The translations under genes were made by a program, and so were the position numbers. A stretch of DNA of 60,057 nt, the filler included, from Sphacelaria rigidula (Eukaryota), in NCBI GenBank assembly GCA_964200075.2. It is 10 parts of 10 records of this genome, joined end to end, with 100 filler letters (N's around TTAATTAATTAA, not from the genome) between each part and the next. Parts side by side here need not be neighbours in the genome. Positions count along the whole stretch, not along the records: positions 48,128 to 54,042 come from CAXNAA020023516.1; positions 54,143 to 60,057 come from CAXNAA020023517.1; 8 more parts are not named here. One strand, given 5' to 3'. Below the pieces are notes generated by a model. That model saw nothing but the letters and a program-made list of their open reading frames with translations. It made no database searches and was not told the origin of the DNA. Of this stretch, positions 48,986-60,057 are shown one piece after another (within the stretch, counting starts at the first letter, position 1; every line of letters starts with the position of its first letter).

Positions 48986-49179
48986 GTGGGAGGACTACGC
49001 ACTTTTTGAACCGCATCGGAGTCTAACAACACCTTTGGTTGGGGTTAGTGTTAGGGTTAGTGTTAGGGTTTGGGTCAGGGGCGCGGTCCCTGCAGGGACT
49101 GGCTCGAGCGGTCTTGAAACACGTCGATTCTGGGGTGTTCAAATTCCGATGCGGTCCAAAAAGCATGCGGCCCTCCCAC
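48986..49179. mobile_element. ~195-bp MITE with internal telomere-like (TTAGGG) repeats
   Basis: The TIR is GTGGGAGGAC..C..CTTTTTG ... CAAAAAGCA.GCGGCCCTCCCAC, with internal TTGGGG TTAGTG TTAGGG TTAGTG TTAGGG TTTGGG. An inverted homologue is at 56379-56560. Confidence 0.75.
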
Positions 49180-49747
49180 TCATTACAGTCGTCACAAGAA
49201 TCAAATGCAGCACACGTGTTCGATGGGCCAGGGACCTCCTCATCGGTGGTGGCAGGTGAATACTGGCAGACCTAATGTCACAAGATGTCGTACGATTCTA
49301 CTCGTAATCTGAATAGAAACACCATATTATGCTATTGTTCATTTTATATGTTTTTGGCTGGTACGATTATTGTAGATATACTTGCAGTATATTCTCCTCT
49401 GATTGTTAAATAATATGGCCGGAAGGTGCGCTCTCAAGCTTGTCTCTCTCCTTTTTGTTCTGCCGGTGTCTCGTGGTCATGAAGATAAATGTCAGCATTA
49501 CAATACCTAAAATCACTACTAGCAAGGTTTCCCACACTCTACCTTCCTCGGATTATTAGCAGACTGGTGGTTTCACTCGGTGGTATGAGGAACACCTTAT
49601 GCGAGATCGGCATTAACTTCATCATCGTGCGGACAAACAGACAAGTTGGCATCACATGTAGGCATGGATTTGACGACTGCCTTGAAGGCCATGTCGAGTC
49701 CCTGGTAGCAGAAACCTCGTGACCCGGCTTGAAAGTTGACATTGCAC

Positions 49748-49885
49748 CTGCCATGTCCACAGGACATTTCCGTCGGCATCCAATTTCACGGTGCCACACG
49801 CCGAGCTTGAGTATCCCGCCAGAATCACTGAGCCGTCCTGTTCCATTGCGGCAGATGCAAACGAGTCATACTGCTCGCCTCCACC
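49748..49885 (-). CDS. Beta-propeller repeat (SBBP/PQQ-like) exon, phase 0/0
   Basis: GTCAG|GGT...TGGCAG|GTGC boundaries enclose 46 aa: GGGEQYDSFASAAMEQDGSVILAGYSSSACGTVKLDADGNVLWTWQ. Confidence 0.8.
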
Positions 49886-50399
49886 CTGACCAATAACAAC
49901 AAACATCCGATGAGACGACGGGTGGGATGACGCTGCTTTTCCTACGCAAAGGACGAGCTTCCGCGTTACGTATCGGGTATGAAAGCAACAAAGTTTGCCT
50001 TGAAGCGAAGATAACAACCATGGGTGAGCGATGTTTAACTGTGTGCAACATGAACAGACGGGGGCGCGTTCACATACTCGTGACAAGAGCGTGTCAGGAA
50101 TTCGTGTAGGAATATCGTTGTGGTTCGGAATTCATCTCGTGTTCTCGGGATCTGCGGTGTGCTGTCTAGTCTAGATGCATGTTACCATCCAGTAAGAGCG
50201 CGGTAACACTGTATAACGCGTTATCCTGGAACGCCTGCAAAATGTCACCGCGTTTTCAGTGTGGGGATTCGAATCCATTGAGCGTCGTGGAGAGTTGAAG
50301 CATACGGGTATTCCAAAACAGATTATTTCGATCTCCAGCAACGGGTACTTCGGATGGCCGCCAATATTCAATTCAAATGATCACATCAAAAGATGATGA

Positions 50400-50695
50400 A
50401 ATGACTAGAATGCTTTGGAAGGAAGTTTGAGCGTTGAACTTCGACACGAAGATGAAAGTAATACGCTCGAGTTGAATCTGAGGTTTCAGTCAAACATTCA
50501 TGTCGTCCATCTAAGTGAACGTTAGAGTGAAAGTCTACTTCAAGCCTTATCGCGTTCAACCCGAAGCTCCAAGTTAGAACTTGCGACGTTCACACTTTTA
50601 ATTTAAATGTAGAGGTCGACCTTACAAGTTGACTTAGATGCAATATTTCAGCTGAACGTTGAAAGAAAAATCTACTTCGGAGCTCGAAGATTCCA
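50400..50695. repeat. Degenerate TTGAAS/STTCAA-rich intronic low-complexity repeat; similar block at ~51440-51760
   Basis: GTTGAA, CTTCAA, TTGAAC and CTCGAA hexamers are dense on both sides of the 50850-51017 exon. Confidence 0.55.
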
Positions 50696-50849
50696 GGGAT
50701 GGTCCTATTTCGAAATAAATAAATCACCCAAAGCTCAACAATTATCTCATATCACAGCGCAGTTAGTATTTTAAACACTCCTCCACTAAAAATTCCACGC
50801 AGAAAAAGCCTCGTAGCTCTGAGGCAGCAAACGTAATGCGCTATTTCAC

Positions 50850-51017
50850 CTGCCACTTCCATAGCAGAGTGCCGTCTGCGTCGAGCTTGCAGGCGGCGAA
50901 GTCCCTTGAACCGGCATTTGTGGCGTTCCAGTCGCCGTATGTATACCCCGCCATGACGACAGAGTTGTCCTCTCCCATCGCTATGGTATGAATCCCGTCG
51001 CCGTCGATAGTGCCATC
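50850..51017 (-). CDS. Beta-propeller repeat (SBBP/PQQ-like) exon, phase 0/0
   Basis: ACCAG|GAT...TGGCAG|GTGA boundaries enclose 56 aa: DGTIDGDGIHTIAMGEDNSVVMAGYTYGDWNATNAGSRDFAACKLDADGTLLWKWQ. Confidence 0.85.
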
Positions 51018-54000
51018 CTGGTCGGATGAATCGCAAGGGGAAAAGTCGTAATTGCCGAGAAGGGGCGATATACCAGCGCAACTAAAATTATCACCAAGAT
51101 TTAATCTTTAAGGCGCAACATCGATCGGGTACGTATTCATCTCAGAGGGTATGAGATTGATAGGCAACTGAGCGTTCGCTCTCGCCACACTTTGAACCGA
51201 TTCCCGGTACGCAGCGCCGCAAAAAACCCTCGCTGCACGACCCCATCCGTGATATGAAGGGAGCGTCTCGGCCTTCCCCGGTACTTGCCTTGAACGTTAT
51301 GGTTCATCGCATACAAGAATCCCCAACACGCCTTGTCACGTTCTCGCACTTCATGCACCGAGTATTTTCTAAAAACTCATATGATAGAATTGGCTTCCGC
51401 CGCATCCACATTGTATGGGAACAAATATTCCTGACATCGCCGAGCTCACAGTTCAACATTCTCGTCTAGCGTGCTTTAACGTGACGGTTCAACGTCGAAA
51501 GCTGGAACCTGAAGTCAAACGTCAGGTTTAACTCGGACGCTCGAATGGGCGGCTTGAGCTTGAAGTCCACTTTGAAGTTTTATTTTCTGGATTCAACTTC
51601 AGCTGTTGCTTTTAAGTTGTAATATGAACGCTTGACTTGGACTGTGTGTTCTCCCCTCAAAGCTTGAACTTTGAACTCGAAGGTGAAGCTTCCGAAGGAA
51701 CCGTCCAAAGCTGAGATTGAAGGACTTTTATCTTGATCAGAGGTGTTTCGAACTCGAGGTCCTGGTTTCCTGGTCCGGTTTCTGGCTGTTCCTTCCTCGA
51801 GCGATGTTTCAGGGTGTCCCGGAAATAGGTAAAGCTACCTCAGACTCAATTCCTGCTTTGTGTAAAGAAAGGTCAAATGATCTTGAGGATTGTTGTCTCC
51901 ACCTACTGTTAGTTTTGGTGTTTGGTAGACGAAGACCACACGGCCTCATTTGCACTCGAAAGTTGGAATTGAGGCCCACAGCATCCCGTCGTACAAGCTA
52001 GGCATAAGTGCAGAGTTGTGACGCCCGCGGCCTGACTCAACGATGGGGGAGTGCTTCGCCCCAGCATGATGATGACTGAAACGGACGCCAGTACAGCACC
52101 ATTATTCACAGTAGTACTGTGTGTTGCCGGAATGTTGCTTGTCACACCAGGCAGCCGAATCTGACCGGTCTGTTGCTCGTCACGTAAACCACCGCTCTCT
52201 TCCGTGCCTATTCGGTAGTGAATTGTTGTGCTATACTGGTCTTACTAAAAACAAGAAGGTCTTATCAAAAATGGGGTTTAATGTCGCGCTTAGATTGTAA
52301 CCGCTGCTGGAATTTCTCTATTATTTGTGTAGAAATTGGAACAACGAAAGCCCTTTCGCAGAGTGCATATGTGTTGAATGCGAAGCAGGTGTGGAAGGAT
52401 GCACCCAATGACCGCATCTTGTCCGACGTGCTGACCAGTACAAAGATCGATTATTTCCCCCCCTTTTTCGAAGAGGACGTGCCTTTGTGTGAAACAGAAC
52501 ACATTATTGAAAATAGGACTATGTTCCCTTCTCAGTTACCGTTCTGTGGCACACACAAGCGAACAACGACAACTGCGCCAACATACTCGAACGGCGGTGC
52601 GGGGTGTCTTCGTGAGTATTATCATGTTATTGGTGTCTTGTGCAGGTTGCTGCGATAATGAATGCAGATGGCCGTTAGGGCTGTGTAGTGTAGAATCCAC
52701 GACCATGCAGACCTACTTGGCATGGTAAGTAAGACAAGATACATCTGGCGATGACTGAGCTGCTGCTCGCAGGGCCCGCATAGGGGTTGGCATACTGTAA
52801 GCTGTGAGCTGCAGAGGTTTTTTGTGAAGTACAGCTGATCAATGTGCGCTCTGCGGAGGGGCAATATCTCAAGGGTTTCCATCGCCCTCCGTTCTGCCGA
52901 GGCCACCGCTACTGTTTACTTGAGGCGAGACATGGTTCCACCATGAGCAAGGGCGTTCTCGTAACATGTGAGCTGCTTGCCATTTCATATGTGGCCCACG
53001 CCGTCGAACGCTGACCAAACAAGTCTTGCCTGAGATAGCAAGGAGCGCAAGCTTGAAGGAGTTCAGCCTACAGAAGAGATGGCCATACGTGCAGGTTATG
53101 TAATTGTTAACAAGCTCAACAAGAAACAGCGGGAAGGATGTGGGTATACAATATCACACGTGCCGAGAAGACATGGCGTTATTGACTGCACATAACTACT
53201 ATCCGACAAGTATCGTGGCATACATGACATGTGTGATTCCTGCACACGCGGCCATTCGGCTAGCCCCAAAAACACTCTGTTCCGGAGAGATGCTACGGTA
53301 GGGTGCACAAATATTTTCTGAGATGGGAATTGTTAGGAGCCCTGTATCTCATTTAAAACACACCTCATGACATATTGTGTGAGAGTACGCCAGGATTACT
53401 ATTCCAATGTGCTAGGGATATCCTGGATGAATTTGCCAACGGGCGTGTCCTGACCCGTGTTCTTGTGCATGTAGAATCTTTAGGAACCACTGACCCAGAC
53501 AAGATTCCGCGCAAAACGTGAAACCCTACCGTAGCGTTACTTGCCTGTTAACATTTTCGAGCCTCCAGAGGAGTTAAACACCTCCAGAGGGCGCGAGGCC
53601 CTCGAGAGGAGTGGGATCAAAGGCCCCAGAGCACCATATTTTTTGTTACTCTCGAGGGACTCAGACCTCCGAAGTCATTGGAGCATCATATGCCCTCCAG
53701 AGGATTCGTTTATGACCGCGCATAGGAATGAAATACCCCCTGCAGGGTATTTTACTCTCGAGAGGATGAAATTCTCGATATAGGGCTTTATGAGGGTAGC
53801 CGGATGGCCGCGTGTATAGGTCACCGTGTTGTCGCGCGCATCAACACGTTGCCACGCCCACAGCAGCGCCAGCTCAGCATCATTCTTCTAAGGGTAAGGC
53901 TATTTCCAAGTCGCTACGTGGATATGCGTTGTGTCCAAGTTGCGACTTGGGCATAAGATATAACAGCCGATTTTATATTTTGGGGTTCATCCAAAATATG

Positions 54001-54297
54001 GGGCTGAAGTGGCATAGCTGTCTTGCACGAAAGACCCGAAACNNNNNNNNNNNNNNNNNNNNNNNNNNNNNNNNNNNNNNNNNNNNTTAATTAATTAANN
54101 NNNNNNNNNNNNNNNNNNNNNNNNNNNNNNNNNNNNNNNNNNGCGCGGGGGTGCGGCGCGGGGGGGGCGGTGGTGCGGTATTTGATTGCACGAAAAAGAG
54201 GCTGATAAGTGTGTCAGATGACCTGCCACACTCGCGATGCGCTTGTATTTTGTTCAAAACGGTGTCAATCGGTATGAGTGAGCGTCATTTATCTATA

Positions 54298-54569
54298 GTA
54301 AGGCAAGCAACGAATGAGCACGCCCTCCCCTCCCCCAAAACGAAACAGCCCAAACGTGTCACCTAAAAACATGGTCGTACAGCGCCTCATGTTCGGGTTC
54401 AAGTTGCATGAAGCGTCTCGTATGGGCTCGTGACATTGGCGGCAAAGAACCATATCGTGGAAATTCCCAGCAGCTCGTTGTGTTCGGCCTTTGCCATTTC
54501 AATTCAAGTAAAGATTTTGCCTCCCAAACCAGGCACTTCTGGGGGGGGGGGCTATTGTACAAAGTGTCA
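54298..54569. mobile_element. Chimeric MITE: (C)TAAGGCAAGCAACAAATGAGTAC-type left end with the body and right end of the GACACTTT family
   Basis: The left end GTAAGGCAAGCAACGAATGAGCACGCCC matches motifs at ~35365, ~35946, ~41961 and (reversed) 55257-55285. The body CAGCGCCT.ATGTT.GGGTTCA and right end GGGGGCTATTGTACAAAGTGTC match 28257-28512. Confidence 0.7.
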
Positions 54570-54739
54570 AACACTTGCGAAGAACACAGCTTCGGCACGA
54601 GTTGTCCTCGCATGCTCGCAGGAGTTGTCGGGAAAGCCTCCGGCAGCGTACTCTGCAGCCCGCGGACAGTACGGTACAGCATGGCACAGCACGCATCCAC
54701 GTGCCTAGAGTCACTCTTCTCGCTGTTTAACCTCCTATA

Positions 54740-55105
54740 ATTCGTGCAGCATGAATTACCTGATTCATGTACATGTTTTCCACCTACCTTGCGTTCGTCA
54801 GCATGAATCAAAGATACATGTTTCCCACCTTCCATCCATACGAGGAGAATCAAGCATGCATGTATCTCCCCCTTTATTCATGCAGCGTGAGATATAGGCA
54901 CGCGATCTTCACCTTCCATTCATACGAGGTCAATCACACGTACATGTTTCTCAATTTTCGTTAATGCAGCATGCATCACACGTGCATGTTCTGCGCCTAC
55001 CATCCCTCGAGGTGACTCGAGCGTACATGTTTCCCAAACTTCATTCATGCAGCATGATCCGCACGTACATTTTCCCCAGCTTTGATTCATTCGAGATTAA
55101 TCAAG
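54740..55105. repeat. Degenerate ~38-bp minisatellite with alternating subunits
   Basis: Repeating (CG)TACATGTTT.CC is followed alternately by ...GCAGCATGAATCA and ...CATACGAGG..AATCA. Confidence 0.7.
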
Positions 55106-56378
55106 TGTGCACCCACCACCCAAGACTCATACTGGAAGTGTGATTCGTAAAACAAATGCACTCTTGATTTGTCTGATACTATTTGGCGTGTACACATTAT
55201 ATATCGACATTGTCCACGATGTATATGTGACAACGGCTGGATCCCTGGGGAGGGGGGAGGGGTACTCATTTGTTGCTTGCCTTAGTCGTTTGACCGATCC
55301 CTGGGGGGTCACTTAACTTGCTACAATTAATCAAACATCAATCAACATTCCCAGTCCGTGATTCGTGCGGTATGACCCTGAACATACAACTTTACCACCC
55401 GCAATTCATACCGGATGACTCATTGGTATACATGATTCAATTCAACATTCATGAGGAGTCAACCCATATGAGCTCTCTGATTCGTCCAAACAGGGAAAAA
55501 TTCCGAGATATCTGAGATATTTAGTACGATAATATTGGGCCTGAGCATGGTTGTGCTATTCGGCGATGTTGTGCTACGTACACTGAGTGCACTATGGTCC
55601 TGCTACCGGGAGTGTGGATGGTCAGGTGCTTGCGTTTATATTTTCTAGACACAAGCAAGTTGTAATCAGTTGCCGTTACACCGGATCGCGAGCCATCAAC
55701 AATCACCGAGCCATGCTCTGGACTTGGACACCTGCTCTTTAATGAACCATTTGTAGAGGTTTTTGTTCCATCATGTACACTCTTCACGGGCGGCTCACGG
55801 TCTATTCATCACATGATGCCCCTGAGACCAAAGAAATCATGCACGTTTCAAAATGACGTCCATTCGCGCGTGATTGGCCGCCTCGAATCCCCATCTCCCC
55901 CGAATAACAAGTATGTGTGAACCTGATTTTCGGTTACTATGTGCGTTTGATATACGAAAATTCTCTTTAGGGCTTCAATAACTCAATTATTAGTTATTGG
56001 ATTTTGCTGGCCGCGGATCACGCTCTTAGGAATGTAAGTGCAGCATTCAAGTGGGGCGCAGGCATACTACAACCCCTATCACCGCTACTTACATGCCTCA
56101 TCACATAGATCGAGTGGCGATACCAGTGAATGAAGCGGCTTTTTCAAAGGCTGTCATCCAAATTCGAGATAATCAGTGCGCTTCGGGCCGAACAATCTTA
56201 GCAGGATTCACCTCACACTTCATGTGACTCGCCGAACACATCAGGGCATTTCGCACTTGGTGATTGATTGCGAGACTAGTCCGGTGAAACCCCGGCGTGT
56301 TCCGTCCCGACTTTGTCGGAATGCGACGTCAATGGTGAGATGACTACGGCTTGAAAGATCTTGAGCACATTGTCATGC

Positions 56379-56560
56379 GTGGGAGGACCGCGTGCTTTTT
56401 GGAGCTTACCGGACTTTGAACACCCTAGGATCGACGTTTTCCAAGACCGCTCGGGTCAGTCCCTGCAGGAACCGCGCCCCTGATCCTGACCCAAACCCCA
56501 ACCCTTACCCTGGGGATGTTGGAACTCCGATGTGGCCCAAAAAGCACGCAGTCCTCCCAC
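56379..56560. mobile_element. Second (inverted) copy of the telomere-repeat MITE
   Basis: It reads GTGGGAGGACCGCGTGCTTTTTGG...CCTGACCCAAACCCCAACCCTTACCC...CCAAAAAGCACGCAGTCCTCCCAC. Confidence 0.75.
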
Positions 56561-58064
56561 GCACTACAGCATCGCATCAATCGGATCATGTCACGCAAGA
56601 GAAGGCACATGTATGGGTAGTGAGTAGATAGCGAACGAAGTCCTGTGTCGGACATTCTAGATTTGGGGCGAAGCCATGGCGGAGAAGCAGAAGGGCGGGC
56701 CCACTGCTTTGGCGGGAGGAAGTAACCGTGGCGAGAAAACATTTGTTTTGCTGCGAAGGGGTCAATCCCGGTCTTCTCTGGGTTCATGAGTCATCATAGA
56801 TTAATGTTTCAACCACTTCTTGCCGCACGTGGTTTTTTCGACAATACTCGCAATGGCCGTTCTAGATATAATCAGACTCGAAAATAAGGCGATATTCCAT
56901 CTTGTGTTTTTTTAGTATCGGTAGCACACAGCCTCATGTAGCCAAGGACCACAGCCGGGCTTTCTCGGCTTTGCATGTTTCTTAGCAACCCTTCGATCGC
57001 CCAGGGGTGTCGTTGAATCGAACCCTCGTGGTCCACGAAATCGAACCGTTGTAGTCGAGTGCTGCAACGACGCACAATGACCATGGCATCGCGCCGTGCA
57101 TACTTTCTCTGCACGATTACCAGCGTAGACAGGGGATTACGAGACATGTCTCATCGATATCAACATGCGTGAGCAAAAGCACCGTTCTATATGCTACAGT
57201 AAGCACATCATGCCACACGGTATATCTCGCGGGAGCAAACTGCGGCACGAATACCCACGGTACTCACAAAGCACCCCCGGCCAGATTTTCGCGCGTGCTA
57301 TCCAGCTGCGCGTAGTACCTCGCTCTAGAGAATGTCAACTCGTGTGGCAAAAAAATCTGAAACCTCTGAATCTACGCTCACGCCTTGCTGCCATTCCGGA
57401 TACCATACCGTCCACTGTCATGTTTCCAAAAACATTTGCGCTACCATTACTGACGAACCTACATCCAGGGCTGCTTCCACAACGGTAAGCATGTGTAGTT
57501 TGGCTGGTGTTCCTCACGGAAACGTTCGGCACCATATGAGGTGTAAGGACCCCTAGAATATGCACTCACGTGGTCACTCGACCCATACAACGGCTAGCCC
57601 CACTCTCCTTGACTCTCCCTTTCAAAGTTGACACTCAATACACTGCTGTTTTTCCAATTACTTATGACAAATGAAGAAAGGGCAGCCCCAATAGCTTTGG
57701 ATACACGGCTTGGCATGAAGGGTTGTTTGCAAAACAAAACATCCACACAGATCCGTAGGACAATCGACACAAACATGAGGCAAACAAAGCAGGTGAGGAA
57801 GCATATGAAGACTTATGCAGAACCCAGGATGTGACACTTGCGTCTGGAAACTGCCGACGAAAGCAACCAATAAACGGCCTGCCTTTTCCAGCAGGTCAGG
57901 TAGCGGAATACTACGATCAACGCGTGACCGAGGAGTCACTTTGACATCGTATCGCAGCTGCGAACGAAGCTGGCGACTCACGGCGACTCATGTACAGCAT
58001 TAGTGCAGAATCAGTTGGTGTTGAATCGTCATCGAGTACTGATGTTGTTCACAACTTGCACCTC

Positions 58065-58274
58065 TCACAAGTCACCCACAAACGCGTCCACGTTTTCACG
58101 TCTGACCCAACACCACTCCACGCCACACCCACCCCTGTCGACCAGCTGCATGCCGGTACCAAAGCTATGAAGCACTGCATCTCCCTTTTTGGTCTTGTAT
58201 CCAGCAAGCTCGAATCCCTTGATGGCGTCCCTGAGTTGTTCATACACGAACCCATCAGCTGGGAGAAGGTTCAT
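58065..58274 (-). CDS. ROCO/TORNADO1-like protein, terminal exon
   Basis: CTTCACAG|ATG gives phase 0. The peptide ..YEQLRDAIKGFE..FGTGMQLVDRGGCGVEWCWVRRENV is typical of ROCO/TRN1 C-termini. Confidence 0.7.
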   Translation of the reverse strand: MNLLPADGFVYEQLRDAIKGFELAGYKTKKGDAVLHSFGTGMQLVDRGGCGVEWCWVRRENVDAFVGDL

Positions 58275-58843
58275 CTGTGAAGTGACACGCCTGAATCAGG
58301 CCGGTTTTGGCCCCAAAAGTGCAGACCCTATCGTAGCATCACTCAGCAGTATACATTGACTATCCATACACTATATCCGACCGCGGACAACGTCGATGTA
58401 AAATATGTGCATGATACGTTGTTGCAGGACCTGTGCCGACGCATTTTGTCTTCGTGACAACTTCGACACTCCCGAACTGGGTAATGAATGATGCCCGCGC
58501 AATATGCGATACGCAAAATGCATGCAATATGTGTTGGGTGTGCACTACATGGGCGGGTCGACAGGCGCAACATGAATGGCACGTTCAATACAACTTACGG
58601 GAATTGTGTTTTATACCGAATCTACATAAACTAGGTTTTTTCTCACAACGTGCCCAGCAGAGCAATCACATCGTCGGAGGAAGATGACGGGCGAGCCCTT
58701 CTCGCGATCACAATGACGGCATACGTCGCAGAAGTAATGCGGAGACAAGAAACCTTTATCTGTGACCGGCCTCCTACGTGACCCCGGCTGGTACTCCCAC
58801 ACACCGGAAGGTGTCGGCATCCAACTAAATGGGACAAACGTGC

Positions 58844-58847
<4 letters not shown>

Positions 58848-58873
<26 letters not shown>
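58848..58873. repeat. (CA)n microsatellite in an intron
   Basis: Read directly. Confidence 0.9.
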
Positions 58874-58874
<1 letters not shown>

Positions 58875-58902
58875 TCTACGCCCGTTTCCAACATATTTGT
58901 AC

Positions 58903-59679
58903 CTTTCGAGTCGCCTGCAGTCGTGCCAGGCGCTCTTCATTATCATCGTTGCTCAGGTCCTCCCAAGTGCTCTTCATTTCGTCCACGATGGCGAATGCCC
59001 CCTCTTTCACCATTTCTGATACCACGCCTCCCAATGTGTCTCCGAAGGCTGAATCTATGTAGTCAGTAGGAACCACCAATCCTGTGCACGCCTTGATCAC
59101 AATGCTCCCGAGGGCAACTCCCACCTTGGCTGCTGGCTTTGCCTTCTTTACCCAGGCCAACAACTCCTTTACCTCGTATCCCTGCCCGCCACGACCACAC
59201 TTCGCCAGGCTCATGTCATGAGCGCAAAGAAAAAATAGCCGCAATTTCCTGCTGAAAATTCCCTTGTCGACTTTCCTGCCACGGTGGCACCACTTCGGCA
59301 GTCGAGCCGACCAGCTCAAGTAACTTCTCTCGCTGTCTGAGAGATTCCCCTCATGCGCCGGCAGGAGACACGCCAACCGGGGCACCGGCCACCGTAAGCA
59401 GGCGATATCAAATGCTACATTTCGCAGCATTCCCCTCTCCACATAATTCAGCCCATCCGTTGGCGACCGTTCGATCGTCGCTCCCACACGGTTCAACAGG
59501 GCGTCCATATTCATCTCAAGTCGCTGGCTGGCATCCCTCTCTATGCCCAATCGCAACTCGTGCAGTCTTCGAGCAAGATCCGCATCCATACGGTTGAGTA
59601 GAGTTGGAATTACCTCCCTCCGGCCCACGTCCTGCGGTTGCCAGGCGGCCATCATCTTATCCAGTACCCTCTCTAGGTT
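58903..59679 (-). CDS. LRR-GTPase of the ROCO family (TORNADO1-like) C-terminal region, penultimate exon
   Basis: CGCACAG|AAC...AAG|GTAC boundaries enclose 777 nt in frame. A coiled segment is followed by WPVPRLACLLP...KLRLFFLCAHDMSLAKCG..GQGYEVKELLAWVKK, the PRL / RL..LC / GY.I signature found after COR domains. Upstream exons are not identified. Confidence 0.75.
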
Positions 59680-60057
59680 CTGTGCGACGCAGTTAGTGCG
59701 AAATCGGCAGCACGATTGTTTGTGTCAGTGATACGTGCCCTGACCTCAAAATCACCACGAGATCAGCAGAAGTCCCGAACTTCGACACGAACTGGATCAG
59801 ACGCTGTAGAGACTCAGATACGTGGTGAAACACCGGACGAAACGTTTCTTATACAAATCGCACGTCCGCAATGGTCACAAATGGTCACTCGCGGTGGTTG
59901 GGAAAGCATCCGCCTGCTGGATGCCACAAGATATACAAAATGATATCTTGAAACAACTAAATCGTGTACTTGTCAGCAACAACAGTACATATCATGCAGG
60001 TGTAGCTAGATGCAGAGGCAATGGCATCTAGGGGGGGGGGGGGGGGGGGGGGGAGAA

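Noticed and set aside
49040..49080. True telomere
   Set aside because: It is short, degenerate, internal and enclosed by TIRs.
52218..52906. ORFs checked for Fanzor/TnpB or other nuclease motifs
   Set aside because: No RuvC or zinc-finger signature was found, and the exon structure could not be supported.
53524..53786. Clustered CCTCCAGAGG/CTCGAGAGG motifs as a MITE
   Set aside because: Only a 5-bp CCCTA/TAGGG terminal match is present, with no TSD.

Overview
This is not one locus. It is ten unrelated contigs of 5,915-5,916 bp (1-5916, 6017-11932, 12033-17948, 18049-23964, 24065-29980, 30081-35996, 36097-42012, 42113-48027, 48128-54042, 54143-60057), joined by artificial N44-TTAATTAATTAA-N44 linkers. 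The DNA is eukaryotic and most likely from a brown alga (Phaeophyceae). That is an inference from the long GT-AG introns with short exons, a ROCO/TORNADO1-like gene, one-exon-per-repeat beta-propeller modules and TTAGGG-like repeats. Most of the sequence is intron or transposon debris: two decayed Ty3/Gypsy elements plus an LTR-gag fragment, a pogo-like transposase relic, a Mutator-like element, many nested foldback MITEs, a tRNA-derived SINE, LINE 3' tails and satellites. Recognisable host gene fragments are an RRP6-like DEDDy exonuclease/HRDC gene, a ROCO-like gene 3' end, a beta-propeller repeat gene and a probable CID-domain first exon. The most interesting leads are an RRP6-like exonuclease with an apparent C-terminal membrane anchor, a chromovirus integrase with a chromodomain plus a second Tudor-like module, symmetric phase-0 propeller-blade exons, a MITE family carrying telomere-like repeats, and a MITE family with 4-bp TSDs and exchangeable termini. 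No CRISPR, rRNA, true tRNA gene or prokaryotic operon is supported. All family calls are by eye, and no database search was run.
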